A DNA stretch of 62,791 bases, filler included, from Thermodesulfobacteriota bacterium (GTDB lineage Bacteria; DASVDK01), in the NCBI GenBank assembly GCA_036381125.1. It is 5 parts of 5 records of this genome, joined end to end, with 100 filler letters (N's around TTAATTAATTAA, not from the genome) between each part and the next. Parts side by side here need not be neighbours in the genome. Positions count along the whole stretch, not along the records: positions 1 to 31,862 come from DASVDK010000085.1; 4 more parts are not named here. One strand, given 5' to 3'. Each line of letters starts with the position of its first letter. Position 1 is the first letter of the stretch. Shown piece after piece: positions 12,382 through 22,130 of the stretch. Under the pieces are notes generated by a model. That model had not been told where the DNA came from. It was given only the letters and a program-made list of their open reading frames with translations, and did no database searches. Both the position numbers and the translations under genes were made by a program.

Positions 12382-14331
12382 ATGGATCTCGCGAAGTACC
12401 GGGCCATGTTCGTGACGGAGGCGCAGGAGCACCTCCGGCAGATGAGCGCCGGCGTGCTCGGCCTCGAGCAGGACCCCGGCGACGCCGAGCGCATCCAGAG
12501 CCTCTTCCGCAACGCGCACTCCATCAAGGGGATGGCCGCCTCCATGGGGTACGAGGGGGTGGCGGCGCTCTCCCACCGGCTCGAGGACCTCATGGACCGC
12601 TACCGGTCCGGCCGCCTCGCCGTCGAGCCGACGGCGGTGGACCTCCTCCTCGAGGGGATCGACGCCCTCGCGCATCACGTGCAGGCGATCGCGGACCAGA
12701 AGGACCCCGAGGTCGCGCTCGAGCCGCTGGTCGCGAAGGTGCAGGCGTTCCTGGAGGGCGCCGGCGGGAGCGCACCGGCGCCCGCGGCCGCGCCGGCCGG
12801 CGCGCCCGCACCGCCGCCGGCACGGCCGGCGTCGGCCGCGCCGACCGGGCCGGCCCTCCTCTCGGTCACCGTCCAGATCGAGAAGCACGCCCAGGCGGCG
12901 CGCGTCCGCGCCTTCATGGTCCACCGGCGCCTCGCCGAGATCGGGACCATCGTGGCGAGCGTCCCGTCGGCCGCGGACCTGCGCGCGGGCCAGGGGGACT
13001 TCGACGGCGTCCTCAAGGCGGCCCTCGAGACGGCCGAGAGCCCGGAGGCGGTGCGTCGGGCGATCGCCGCGCTCGCCGACGTCGCCTCGGTCGTCGTCGA
13101 GGCGACCGGCGGCGAGCTCTCGCCGCAGGGCGCCCGGGTGCCGCCGCCGCGGCCCGCGGCGCCGGCGCCCGGCCCGAAGCTCGGCGTGCCGCGCACGGTC
13201 AAGGTGCAGACCGATCTGCTCGACTCCTTCGTGAACCTGGCGGGCGAGCTGCTGGTCGTCGAGAGCCGGCTCAAGGAGGCGACGCGCGACCTCGAGCTGC
13301 CGTCGGTGAAGGACTCCACCTCCACGCTCGGCAAGCTCATCCGCGGCCTCCACGCCCAGCTCATGACGGTCCGGATGATGCCGCTCGCCTCGGTCACCGA
13401 GGCGCTGCCGCGCGTCGTCCGCGACCTCGCGAAGCGGGAGGGCAAGGAGGTCGCCTTCGTCCAGGAGGGGACCGACCTCGAGCTGGACCGCAGCCTCCTC
13501 GAGGAGCTGCCGGACCTCCTGACGCACGTGCTGCGCAACGCGGTCGATCACGGCCTCGAGCGGGCGGACGAGCGCGAGGCGGCCGGCAAGCCGCGGCGCG
13601 GGCAGATCCGCCTGCGCGCCTTCCGGCAGAAGGACAAGGCGGTCGTGCAGATCGAGGACGACGGCCGCGGCATGGATCCGGCCCGGCTCAGGGCCAAGGC
13701 GGTCGAGCGGGGCCAGATCACCCCGGAGCAGGCCGCGGCCATGAGCGACGCCGAGGCGCTCCACCTTTCCTGTCTCCCCGGCCTCTCCACCGCCGGGCAG
13801 GTGACCGACGTGTCGGGCCGGGGGGTCGGCATGGACGCGGTCAAGAGCCGCGTGGAGGGCCTCGGCGGCTCGCTGCACATCGACTCGCGCGTCGGGCGGG
13901 GGACCCGGATCTCGCTCCACCTGCCGACGAGCGTCGCGATCGTCCAGGTGCTGCTCCTCGGCATCGACGACGAGGTCTTCGCGATCCCCGTGACCCGCGT
14001 GCTGCGCACGCTGGAGCTGACCCCCGGGGAGGTCGAGCAGCGCGGCCGTCAGCTCCTGTTCCGGTACGGCGAGGAGAGCGTGCCGCTCCTCTCGCTGCGG
14101 AAGATCCTGAGGCTGCCGGCCCCGGAGACCCGGGGCCGCTTCCTGTCGGTGGCCGTCGTCCCCGTGCGGCAGCGCACGGTGGGGCTCGTGGTGGACCGGT
14201 TCGTGGGACAGCAGGAAGCGTTCATCAAGCCGCTGCCGAGGCCGCTGGCCTCGATCGACGGCGTCGCGGGCGTGACGATCCTCGGCGACGGGCGGGCGGT
14301 CTTCCTCCTCGACTCGGAGAACCTCTTCTGA
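12382..14331 (+). CDS. cheA: Chemotaxis histidine kinase
   Basis: HPt FRNAHSIKGMAASMG, HVLRNAVDHG, DDGRG, DVSGRGVGMD, C-terminal CheW domain. Confidence 0.96.
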   Translation: MDLAKYRAMFVTEAQEHLRQMSAGVLGLEQDPGDAERIQSLFRNAHSIKGMAASMGYEGVAALSHRLEDLMDRYRSGRLAVEPTAVDLLLEGIDALAHHVQAIADQKDPEVALEPLVAKVQAFLEGAGGSAPAPAAAPAGAPAPPPARPASAAPTGPALLSVTVQIEKHAQAARVRAFMVHRRLAEIGTIVASVPSAADLRAGQGDFDGVLKAALETAESPEAVRRAIAALADVASVVVEATGGELSPQGARVPPPRPAAPAPGPKLGVPRTVKVQTDLLDSFVNLAGELLVVESRLKEATRDLELPSVKDSTSTLGKLIRGLHAQLMTVRMMPLASVTEALPRVVRDLAKREGKEVAFVQEGTDLELDRSLLEELPDLLTHVLRNAVDHGLERADEREAAGKPRRGQIRLRAFRQKDKAVVQIEDDGRGMDPARLRAKAVERGQITPEQAAAMSDAEALHLSCLPGLSTAGQVTDVSGRGVGMDAVKSRVEGLGGSLHIDSRVGRGTRISLHLPTSVAIVQVLLLGIDDEVFAIPVTRVLRTLELTPGEVEQRGRQLLFRYGEESVPLLSLRKILRLPAPETRGRFLSVAVVPVRQRTVGLVVDRFVGQQEAFIKPLPRPLASIDGVAGVTILGDGRAVFLLDSENLF

Positions 14332-14945
14332 TGGCGATCTCCAAGCTCACGTCGCTCCACCTCGACACGCTGCAGGAGATGTCCAACATCGGCGTCGGGC
14401 AGGCGGCCACCGCCCTGTCCCAGCTCCTGCGGCGGCGCATCGACATCCGGATCCCGCGCGTGGCGGTGACCCCCTTCAAGCACGCGGCCGACGGCTTCGG
14501 CGGCCCCGAGTCGCCGGTCGCCGCGGTCGCCCTCCGGATGGGCGGCGATGCGCAGGGGCACGTGCTGCTGCTCTTCGAGCCGGCCTCGGCGTCGCGGATG
14601 GCCGGCGTCCTCACGGCGGGCCCGGGCCAGACCGCGGACCTCGCCGACCCGATGGCGCGCTCGGTCCTCCAGGAGGTCGGCAACATCCTCGCCTCGGCCT
14701 ACCTGAACGCCCTCGGCCGCCTCACGGGGCTCGTGCTGCTCCCCTCGATCCCCGTCTTCGCGCACGACATGGTCGGCGCGGTCGTGGACACGGCGCTCAT
14801 CGAGCAGGGCGAGGCCGGCGACGTGGCGCTCGTCATGGAGACGACCTTCGACGTCGAGGGCGAGGCGGTCGCCGGCCAGATGCTGCTCCTGCCCCACCCG
14901 CAGTCGCTCGAGCGGATCTTCCGCGCCGTGGGGGTGACGCTGTGA
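14331..14945 (+). CDS. cheC: CheC-family phosphatase
   Basis: LQEMSNIGVGQAATALS and LQEVGNILASAYLNAL repeats. Confidence 0.92.
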   Translation: MAISKLTSLHLDTLQEMSNIGVGQAATALSQLLRRRIDIRIPRVAVTPFKHAADGFGGPESPVAAVALRMGGDAQGHVLLLFEPASASRMAGVLTAGPGQTADLADPMARSVLQEVGNILASAYLNALGRLTGLVLLPSIPVFAHDMVGAVVDTALIEQGEAGDVALVMETTFDVEGEAVAGQMLLLPHPQSLERIFRAVGVTL

Positions 14946-15045
14946 AGCGGCGCGGAGGCGAGCGGCCACCCGCCCACCCGTCGGCGCGAGGCTCGGAGGG
15001 CCGCCGGAGTGCGGACGCCGGCCGCGAGCCGCTGGAGGCCACGCT

Positions 15046-15591
15046 GTGAGGCGGGAGATCACCGGCTCGCCGTTCGCCGCGGCCGCGGACGCGTCCGGGA
15101 CGGCGGTGACCGTGCATCGGGTCGGCATGGGCGAGTACCGGGTGGACGCGGCCCCTCACCGGCTGCTCGCCTTCGGCCTCGGCTCCTGCGTCGGCGTCTT
15201 CCTCTACAGCCGCGACGCGGCGGTGGGAGGGCTCGCCCACGTGATGCTCCCCGAGGGGGCGCACCTCCGGCGCGGGACGGCTCAGCCGGCCAAGTTCGCG
15301 GACCTCGCCCTCGATCTCATGATCGGCGAGCTTGCGCGGCGGGGCGCGCGCGCCGACCGGCTGTCCGCCAAGATCTTCGGCGGCGCTAACATGTTCCCGA
15401 TGATCGAGACGATCGGGCGGGCCCCGATCGGCGAGCGCAACGTCGCGGCGGTGCGGGAGGCGCTCGCGCGCGCCGGCATTCCGATCGAGGCGGCCGAGAC
15501 GGGCGGGGAGTTCGGCCGCACGGTCGAGGCGGACCTGGCCACCGGCATCGCCACGGTCAAGGCCTGGAACCGTCCTACCCTCAAGGTCTGA
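15046..15591 (+). CDS. cheD: Chemoreceptor glutamine deamidase
   Basis: GLGSCVGV, GGLAHVMLP, AKIFGGANMF, IGERN, TGG..GRT. Confidence 0.93.
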   Translation: MRREITGSPFAAAADASGTAVTVHRVGMGEYRVDAAPHRLLAFGLGSCVGVFLYSRDAAVGGLAHVMLPEGAHLRRGTAQPAKFADLALDLMIGELARRGARADRLSAKIFGGANMFPMIETIGRAPIGERNVAAVREALARAGIPIEAAETGGEFGRTVEADLATGIATVKAWNRPTLKV

Positions 15592-15642
15592 CGCCGGGGC
15601 CCTCCGGCCCGACCGCCGGCGAGCCGCAGGGGCCGGGAGCCT

Positions 15643-16446
15643 ATGCGAGGAGCGGTGAGGAAATCGAAGGCCTCCGCGGACGACGCCCGTACCCGCCTCG
15701 AGCGGCTCCTCGAGCAGGTGCGCGGCGGCCGGGTGTCGGTGGGCGAGGCGGCCGATCGCCTCGCGTCGATCTCCGCGCACGGCGAGGACCTCGGATTCGC
15801 CCGCGTCGACCACCACCGCGCGCTGCGGCGCGGCCACCCCGAGGTGATCTTCGGCGAGCCGAAGACGGCCGCCCAGATCGCGGCAGTCGCCCGCGCCATC
15901 CTCGCGGCCGGCAGCAACGTCCTCGTCACGCGCCTCGACAGCCGGAAGGCTCGCGCGGTGGGGCGCGCCATCAGGGGCTTCCGTTACCACCCCGAGGCGC
16001 GGCTCGGGATCTGCGCGAGGCACCCGGCGCCCGACGCCGGGCGGGCGACGGGCACCGTGGCCGTCGTCGCCGCCGGCACGTCCGACCTGCCGGTGGCCGA
16101 GGAGGCGGCCCTGACGGCGGAGGCGTTCGGCCACCGGGTGGATCGGGTCTACGACGTGGGCGTGGCCGGCCTCGGCCGCCTCCTCGGCGAGGAGGCGCGA
16201 CTCAGGGCGGCGCGCGTGCTCGTGGTCGTCGCCGGCATGGAGGGGGCGCTCCCCTCCGTCGTCGCCGGTCTCGTGGACAAGCCGGTCGTGGCCGTCCCCA
16301 CCTCGGTGGGGTACGGGGCGGCCTTCGGCGGCATCGCCGCCCTCCTCGGGATGCTCAACGCGTGCGCGCCGGGCGTGGCGGTGGTGAACATCGACAACGG
16401 CTTCGGCGCCGGCTACCTGGCCGCGCAGATCAATCGCCTCCGATGA
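15643..16446 (+). CDS. larB: Nickel pincer cofactor biosynthesis protein LarB (PurE-like)
   Basis: RRGHPEVIFGEPKT, AGTSDLPVAEEA, DVGVAG, GMEGALPSVV, VVNIDNGFGAG. Confidence 0.93.
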   Translation: MRGAVRKSKASADDARTRLERLLEQVRGGRVSVGEAADRLASISAHGEDLGFARVDHHRALRRGHPEVIFGEPKTAAQIAAVARAILAAGSNVLVTRLDSRKARAVGRAIRGFRYHPEARLGICARHPAPDAGRATGTVAVVAAGTSDLPVAEEAALTAEAFGHRVDRVYDVGVAGLGRLLGEEARLRAARVLVVVAGMEGALPSVVAGLVDKPVVAVPTSVGYGAAFGGIAALLGMLNACAPGVAVVNIDNGFGAGYLAAQINRLR

Positions 16447-17696
16447 AGGTCGCGTACCTGGACACCTTCGCGGGGATCTCCGGCGACATGACGGTCGGGG
16501 CGCTCGTCGCCCTCGGCGTGCCGCTCGACGCCGTCCGCGAGGCGCTCGCCGCCCTGCCGATCTCGGGCTACCGGCTCGAGACGCGGCGCGTCGAGCGGAG
16601 CGGCATCGCGGCCGTCAAGTTCGACGTGGTCGTGGAGGGCGACGACCACGCGCACGAGCACGGTCACGCGCACGAGGGCGGCCACGGGCACCGGCCGTAC
16701 GCGGAGATCCGGCGGATGCTCGCCGAGGCGCCCCTCGCGCCGGGAGCCCGCGAGCGGGCGGAGCGGATCTTCGCGCGCCTGGCCGAGGCCGAGGGCCGGG
16801 TGCACGGCGTGCCGGCCGACGCGGTGACCTTTCACGAGGTCGGCGCGATCGACTCGATCGCCGACGTCGTCGGGGCCGCGGTCGCGCTCGACTGGCTCGG
16901 CGTCGAGCAGGTCGCGTCGGCGCCGCTGCCGCTCGGTCGAGGGCTCGCGCCCTCGCGCCACGGTCCGCTGCCGCTGCCGCCGCCGGCGGTCGTCGAGCTC
17001 TGCCGCGGGCTCGCGGTCGTCGCGGCGCCGGCCGACGCGGAGCTCGTCACGCCCACGGGGGCCGCCATCGTCGCGGCGCTCGCCGGACCCGGCGGGGTGG
17101 GGCCGATGCCGGCCATGACGGTCGAGGCGGTCGGCTACGGCGCCGGCACGCGGGAGTTCCCCGGGTTCCCCAACCTCCTCCGGGTCGTCGTCGGCGAGGC
17201 CGCGGCGCCGGGCGCCGACCGCTTCGGCCGGGAGCGCGCGATCGTCGTGGAGACCAACCTCGACGACATGAACCCCCAGCTCTTCGAGCCGCTCGCCGCG
17301 CGCCTCGCGGAGGCCGGGGCGCTCGACGTGACGCTGACGCCGGTGCAGATGAAGAAGGGCCGGCCGGGGGTCACCGTCCAGGCCATCTGCCGGCCGGGCG
17401 ACGCCGACCGGGTGGCGGCCGCGCTCTTCGTCGAGTCCACCGCCATAGGCGTCAGGACCTACGAGGTGCTCCGCGCCACGCTTCGCCGCACGCTGCGGCG
17501 CGTGGCGACGCCGTACGGGGAGGTGGCCGTCAAGGTGAGCGGCGACCGGGTCGTCCGCAACGCGCAGCCCGAGTACGAGGCGTGCCGCGCGGCGGCCGCC
17601 GCGCACGGCGTGGCGGTCAAGGCGGTCCACGCCGCCGCGCTCGCGGCCGCGCTCGCCGCCTGGCCGCCCGGCAGCCCGTTCCCGGAGGGGCCGTGA
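16443..17696 (+). CDS. larC: Nickel insertase LarC
   Basis: FAGISGDM, His-rich HAHEHGHAHEGGHGH, FHEVGAIDSIAD, TPTGAAI, ETNLDD, MKKGRPG, PEYE. Confidence 0.93.
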   Translation: MKVAYLDTFAGISGDMTVGALVALGVPLDAVREALAALPISGYRLETRRVERSGIAAVKFDVVVEGDDHAHEHGHAHEGGHGHRPYAEIRRMLAEAPLAPGARERAERIFARLAEAEGRVHGVPADAVTFHEVGAIDSIADVVGAAVALDWLGVEQVASAPLPLGRGLAPSRHGPLPLPPPAVVELCRGLAVVAAPADAELVTPTGAAIVAALAGPGGVGPMPAMTVEAVGYGAGTREFPGFPNLLRVVVGEAAAPGADRFGRERAIVVETNLDDMNPQLFEPLAARLAEAGALDVTLTPVQMKKGRPGVTVQAICRPGDADRVAAALFVESTAIGVRTYEVLRATLRRTLRRVATPYGEVAVKVSGDRVVRNAQPEYEACRAAAAAHGVAVKAVHAAALAAALAAWPPGSPFPEGP

Positions 17697-18811
17697 CCGA
17701 GCGAGCGCCCGCCGCCCCGCGCCCGCGGATCCTGGTCATCGACGACGAGGCGGCGATCCGCGAGATCGTCCAGCGCCTCCTCGCGCAGGAGGGGTACGAC
17801 GTCGTCGCGGCCGGCGATGCGGCCGCTGCCTCGGCGCTCATCGCCGGGCGTCACTTCGACGCGATCGTGACCGACGTCCGGATGCCGGGCATCTCCGGAC
17901 TCGACCTCCTGGCCGACCTGAAGCGCAACAACCCCGACGCCGTCGTCGTCGTCATGACCGGGTACGCGGACATGGACATGGTGCTCGCGGCGCTCCGGGC
18001 CGACGCGGACGACTTCGTCGTGAAGCCGATCAACGCGCCGGCGCTCGCGGCGGTGCTCCGGCGCGCCATCGACCGGCGCGACCTCCGGGCGGACCTTGCG
18101 GCGCTCAGGCTCTCCACCTGCGCGCGCGACCGGTTCCTGGGGCTCGTCTCCCACAAGCTCAACACGCCGCTCGCCTCGGTGCTCCTCTTCCTCGACTCGC
18201 TCGCCGAGGAGACGTCACCCGCCCGGCAGGCCGCGCTCCTGCACGACGGCCTGCCCGAGGCCAGGAAGGCGGCCGGCGTCCTGCGCGACCTCATCGCCGA
18301 GCTCCTGCGCGTCGCCGAGGCGGTCGGGCCCGAGCCGCCGGCGGCGGCCGCGCCGAGCGTCCCGATCCCGCTCGACTCGATCCTCGGCGAGCTGGCCGCC
18401 GAGGCTCGCGCCGCGGGCGCGGCCCGGGGGATCCGCGTGACCGTGGCCGGCTCGGCCGGCCTCTCGGTCGTGGCGGCGCGCGACCGGCTCCGCCGCGCCC
18501 TCCACGAGCTGGTCGACAACGCCGTCAAGTTCAACCGGGACGGCGGCGAGGTGCGGATCGGGGCGGCGCCGGCCGCGGCCGGCGAGGTGGAGGTGCGCAT
18601 CGCCGACACCGGCCCCGGCATCCCCGACGCCGAGCTGCCGAAGGTCTTCGAGCCGTTCCAGCAGGTCGACCCCGGCTTCACCGGCCAGGTGCCCGGTCTG
18701 GGCCTCGGCCTGGCGCTCGCCCGCAGACTCCTCGAGGCCGACCGCGGCCGCCTGATCCTCGCCTCGTCATCCGATGGGACCGTAGCCACCGTCACGCTGC
18801 CGAGCGCCTGA
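17693..18811 (+). CDS. Hybrid receiver-histidine kinase with atypical H-box (SHKLNTP)
   Basis: ILVIDDE, TDVRMPG, VKP receiver; ELVDNAVKF, DTGPGI, GLGLGL HATPase; GTGA overlap with the larC stop. Confidence 0.88.
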   Translation: MTERAPAAPRPRILVIDDEAAIREIVQRLLAQEGYDVVAAGDAAAASALIAGRHFDAIVTDVRMPGISGLDLLADLKRNNPDAVVVVMTGYADMDMVLAALRADADDFVVKPINAPALAAVLRRAIDRRDLRADLAALRLSTCARDRFLGLVSHKLNTPLASVLLFLDSLAEETSPARQAALLHDGLPEARKAAGVLRDLIAELLRVAEAVGPEPPAAAAPSVPIPLDSILGELAAEARAAGAARGIRVTVAGSAGLSVVAARDRLRRALHELVDNAVKFNRDGGEVRIGAAPAAAGEVEVRIADTGPGIPDAELPKVFEPFQQVDPGFTGQVPGLGLGLALARRLLEADRGRLILASSSDGTVATVTLPSA

Positions 18812-18912
18812 TCCGTGCTAGGAGTCCGGCTGCGCACGCCCATGGCGTGCGCGGCGTGATCCGCGGCCGTGCATCGCCGCGGAAAAAGTGACGGATTCCG
18901 GCAACTCGGGCC

Positions 18913-20069
<1,157 letters not shown>

Positions 20070-20070
20070 G

Positions 20071-20100
20071 GGTCGGGAGGGGACCTCGCCCCTCCCGACC
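20071..20100 (+). other. Intercistronic 12-bp stem hairpin after mreB
   Basis: GGTCGGGAGGGG-acctcg-CCCCTCCCGACC; no U-tract. Confidence 0.6.
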
Positions 20101-20235
20101 TCTCGATCGCAGGGGCGGTGAGTCGCGCCGCGCAGAGGGCGCGACCTCCACGGGGCGCGGATCGCTCGCCCCGGTGAAGCCGGGGTTCGCTCCAGACGGG
20201 CAGGCGTCACCAACCGAGTTCGGTGCGAGAGGGAC

Positions 20236-21591
20236 GTGCTCTACTTCATCAAGAAATATCGCACCCTTCTCTTCGCCACGGCCCTGCTCTTCTCGGGCCT
20301 CGTCATCCTCACCGGCACGCACGAGAAGCGCCGGGACCTCGGGATCCTCGACAAGATCGCCCTCGACGTGACCGGCTTCTTCGCCGGCATCATCACCGGG
20401 ATCGGCCGCGGCGTCTCGAGCGTCTGGTTCGACTACGTCTACCTGGTCGGCGTCCGCGCCGAGAACGCCGCGCTCAGGGCCGAGATCGACCGGATGCGGC
20501 TCGAGCGGGCGGCGCTCGAGGAGGCGGTCCTCGAGACCGACCGGCTGCGCCGGCTCCTCGGGTTCCGGGAGCGGACCGGGTTCACCGCCGTGCCGGCGAC
20601 GGTGATCGGCTCCGACGTCTCCGGCTGGTTCCGGACGATCACGATCGACCGCGGCAGCTCCGACGGCATCGAGCGCGGCATGGCCGTCGTGAGCCCCGAG
20701 GGCGTCGTCGGCCGCACGCACGAGGTCGCCTCGCGCACGGCCAAGGTCCTCCTGGTGACCGACTCGAACTCCGCGATCGACGCGGTCCTGCAGCGCTCCC
20801 GCGGGCGGGGGGTCATCTACGGCCGCGTCACGCCGGTCCTCGAGATGCGCTACGTGCACCGCACCGAGGACGTGGCCGTGGGAGACCTGGTCCTCACGTC
20901 GGGCGTGGGCGGCGTCTTCCCGAAGGGGCTCAGGATCGGCGTCGTGAGCCGCGTGGACGACACCGCGACCGGGCTCTTCAAGACGGTCGACGTGGCGCCA
21001 GCGGTCGACCTCGCGCGCCTCGAGGAGGTCCTCGTCGTCACGGCGTACGCGGCTCGCGACTACGAGCCGCTCACCTCGCCGAGGCCGGGGGCGGCGGTCC
21101 AGCCGGCCGGCCTGACGCCGGAGGCGGCGGAGCCGCCGTCCGCTCCGCCGGCCGCCCCATCGCCGTCGCCGTCGCCGGTACGGGCGCCGGCCGTCGCCGC
21201 GCCCGGTCCGTCGCCGGCCCGATCGCCGGCCGGCGCGCGGCCGAGCCCGTCGCCGACGCCGAGAGCCGCGGCCACCCCGGTTCCCGCCGAGACGCCGCGT
21301 CGCGTCTCGCCCGCGACACCGCCCGAGCCGGCGCGGGCGACGACCAGCCCCACGCCGAGCCCGACGCCGCCCGTGCCGCGCGTGCCGCTCCCCTCGGCGG
21401 CGGCCTCGCCTGCGGCGTCTCCTGCGGCCGCGCCTGCGGCGTCTCCCGCGGCGTTGCCGGTCGCGCCGTCGCCGTCGCCGGCCGCCCCCTCGGCTCTGCC
21501 GGCCGCCCCCTCGGCTCCGCCGGCCGCCCCGTCGCCCTCGCCGGCGCGAGAGTTGCCGGGCGCGCCGCCGAGTTCGGGAGCGGAGCGATGA
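20236..21591 (+). CDS. mreC: Rod shape-determining protein MreC with long Pro/Ala/Ser tail
   Basis: N-terminal TM, coiled coil, TIDRGSSDGI, GVVG, LTSGVGGVFPKGL. Confidence 0.93.
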   Translation: MLYFIKKYRTLLFATALLFSGLVILTGTHEKRRDLGILDKIALDVTGFFAGIITGIGRGVSSVWFDYVYLVGVRAENAALRAEIDRMRLERAALEEAVLETDRLRRLLGFRERTGFTAVPATVIGSDVSGWFRTITIDRGSSDGIERGMAVVSPEGVVGRTHEVASRTAKVLLVTDSNSAIDAVLQRSRGRGVIYGRVTPVLEMRYVHRTEDVAVGDLVLTSGVGGVFPKGLRIGVVSRVDDTATGLFKTVDVAPAVDLARLEEVLVVTAYAARDYEPLTSPRPGAAVQPAGLTPEAAEPPSAPPAAPSPSPSPVRAPAVAAPGPSPARSPAGARPSPSPTPRAAATPVPAETPRRVSPATPPEPARATTSPTPSPTPPVPRVPLPSAAASPAASPAAAPAASPAALPVAPSPSPAAPSALPAAPSAPPAAPSPSPARELPGAPPSSGAER

Positions 21592-22121
21592 GGCGGCCGC
21601 TCGCCTTCCTGGTGCTCGGCGGCGCCGGGCTCGTCCTCCAGATGACGGTGCTCGACGTGCTGCCCTTCGGCGCGCTCAAGCCGGATCTGGTGCTGCTCCT
21701 CCTCCTCTACCTGTCGGGCCGGTCCGACGCGGTCTCCGGCGGCCTCGTGGCCTTCGGCCTCGGGTACACCATGGACATCCTCTCCGGCGGGCCGTTCGGC
21801 CTCTTCACGGTCACGAAGGTCGTGATCTACTTCCTCGGCTACCTCGCCGCCAAGCGCGTCTACCTGACGGCCGGCCTCGCCCCCGCGGTCATGGCCGCGG
21901 TCGCGACGGTGGTCGAGGGCCTCCTCGTGCGGGTCCTCTACGGGGCCCTCGGCCTGGACGGCCGCGCGCTCGGCCACGGCCTCCTCCGCTACCTCGTCTT
22001 CCAGGCGCTCCTCATGGGCGCCCTCGCGCCGTTCCTGTTCCACTGGCTCGGCCGCCTCGACGCCTGGCTCGGCACCGTGCTGCCCGGGGGCGACGACCGG
22101 CGCCCGGCGTCCCTGCTCTAG
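21588..22121 (+). CDS. mreD: Rod shape-determining protein MreD
   Basis: Hydrophobic; KPDLVLLL, GYTMDILSGGPFG; lies between mreC and mrdA. Confidence 0.88.
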   Translation: MRRPLAFLVLGGAGLVLQMTVLDVLPFGALKPDLVLLLLLYLSGRSDAVSGGLVAFGLGYTMDILSGGPFGLFTVTKVVIYFLGYLAAKRVYLTAGLAPAVMAAVATVVEGLLVRVLYGALGLDGRALGHGLLRYLVFQALLMGALAPFLFHWLGRLDAWLGTVLPGGDDRRPASLL

Positions 22122-22130
22122 GGGTTCGGC

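Noticed and set aside
16443-17696. Programmed frameshift in larC, as in Lactobacillus larC1/C2
   Set aside because: Both halves are in one continuous frame here.
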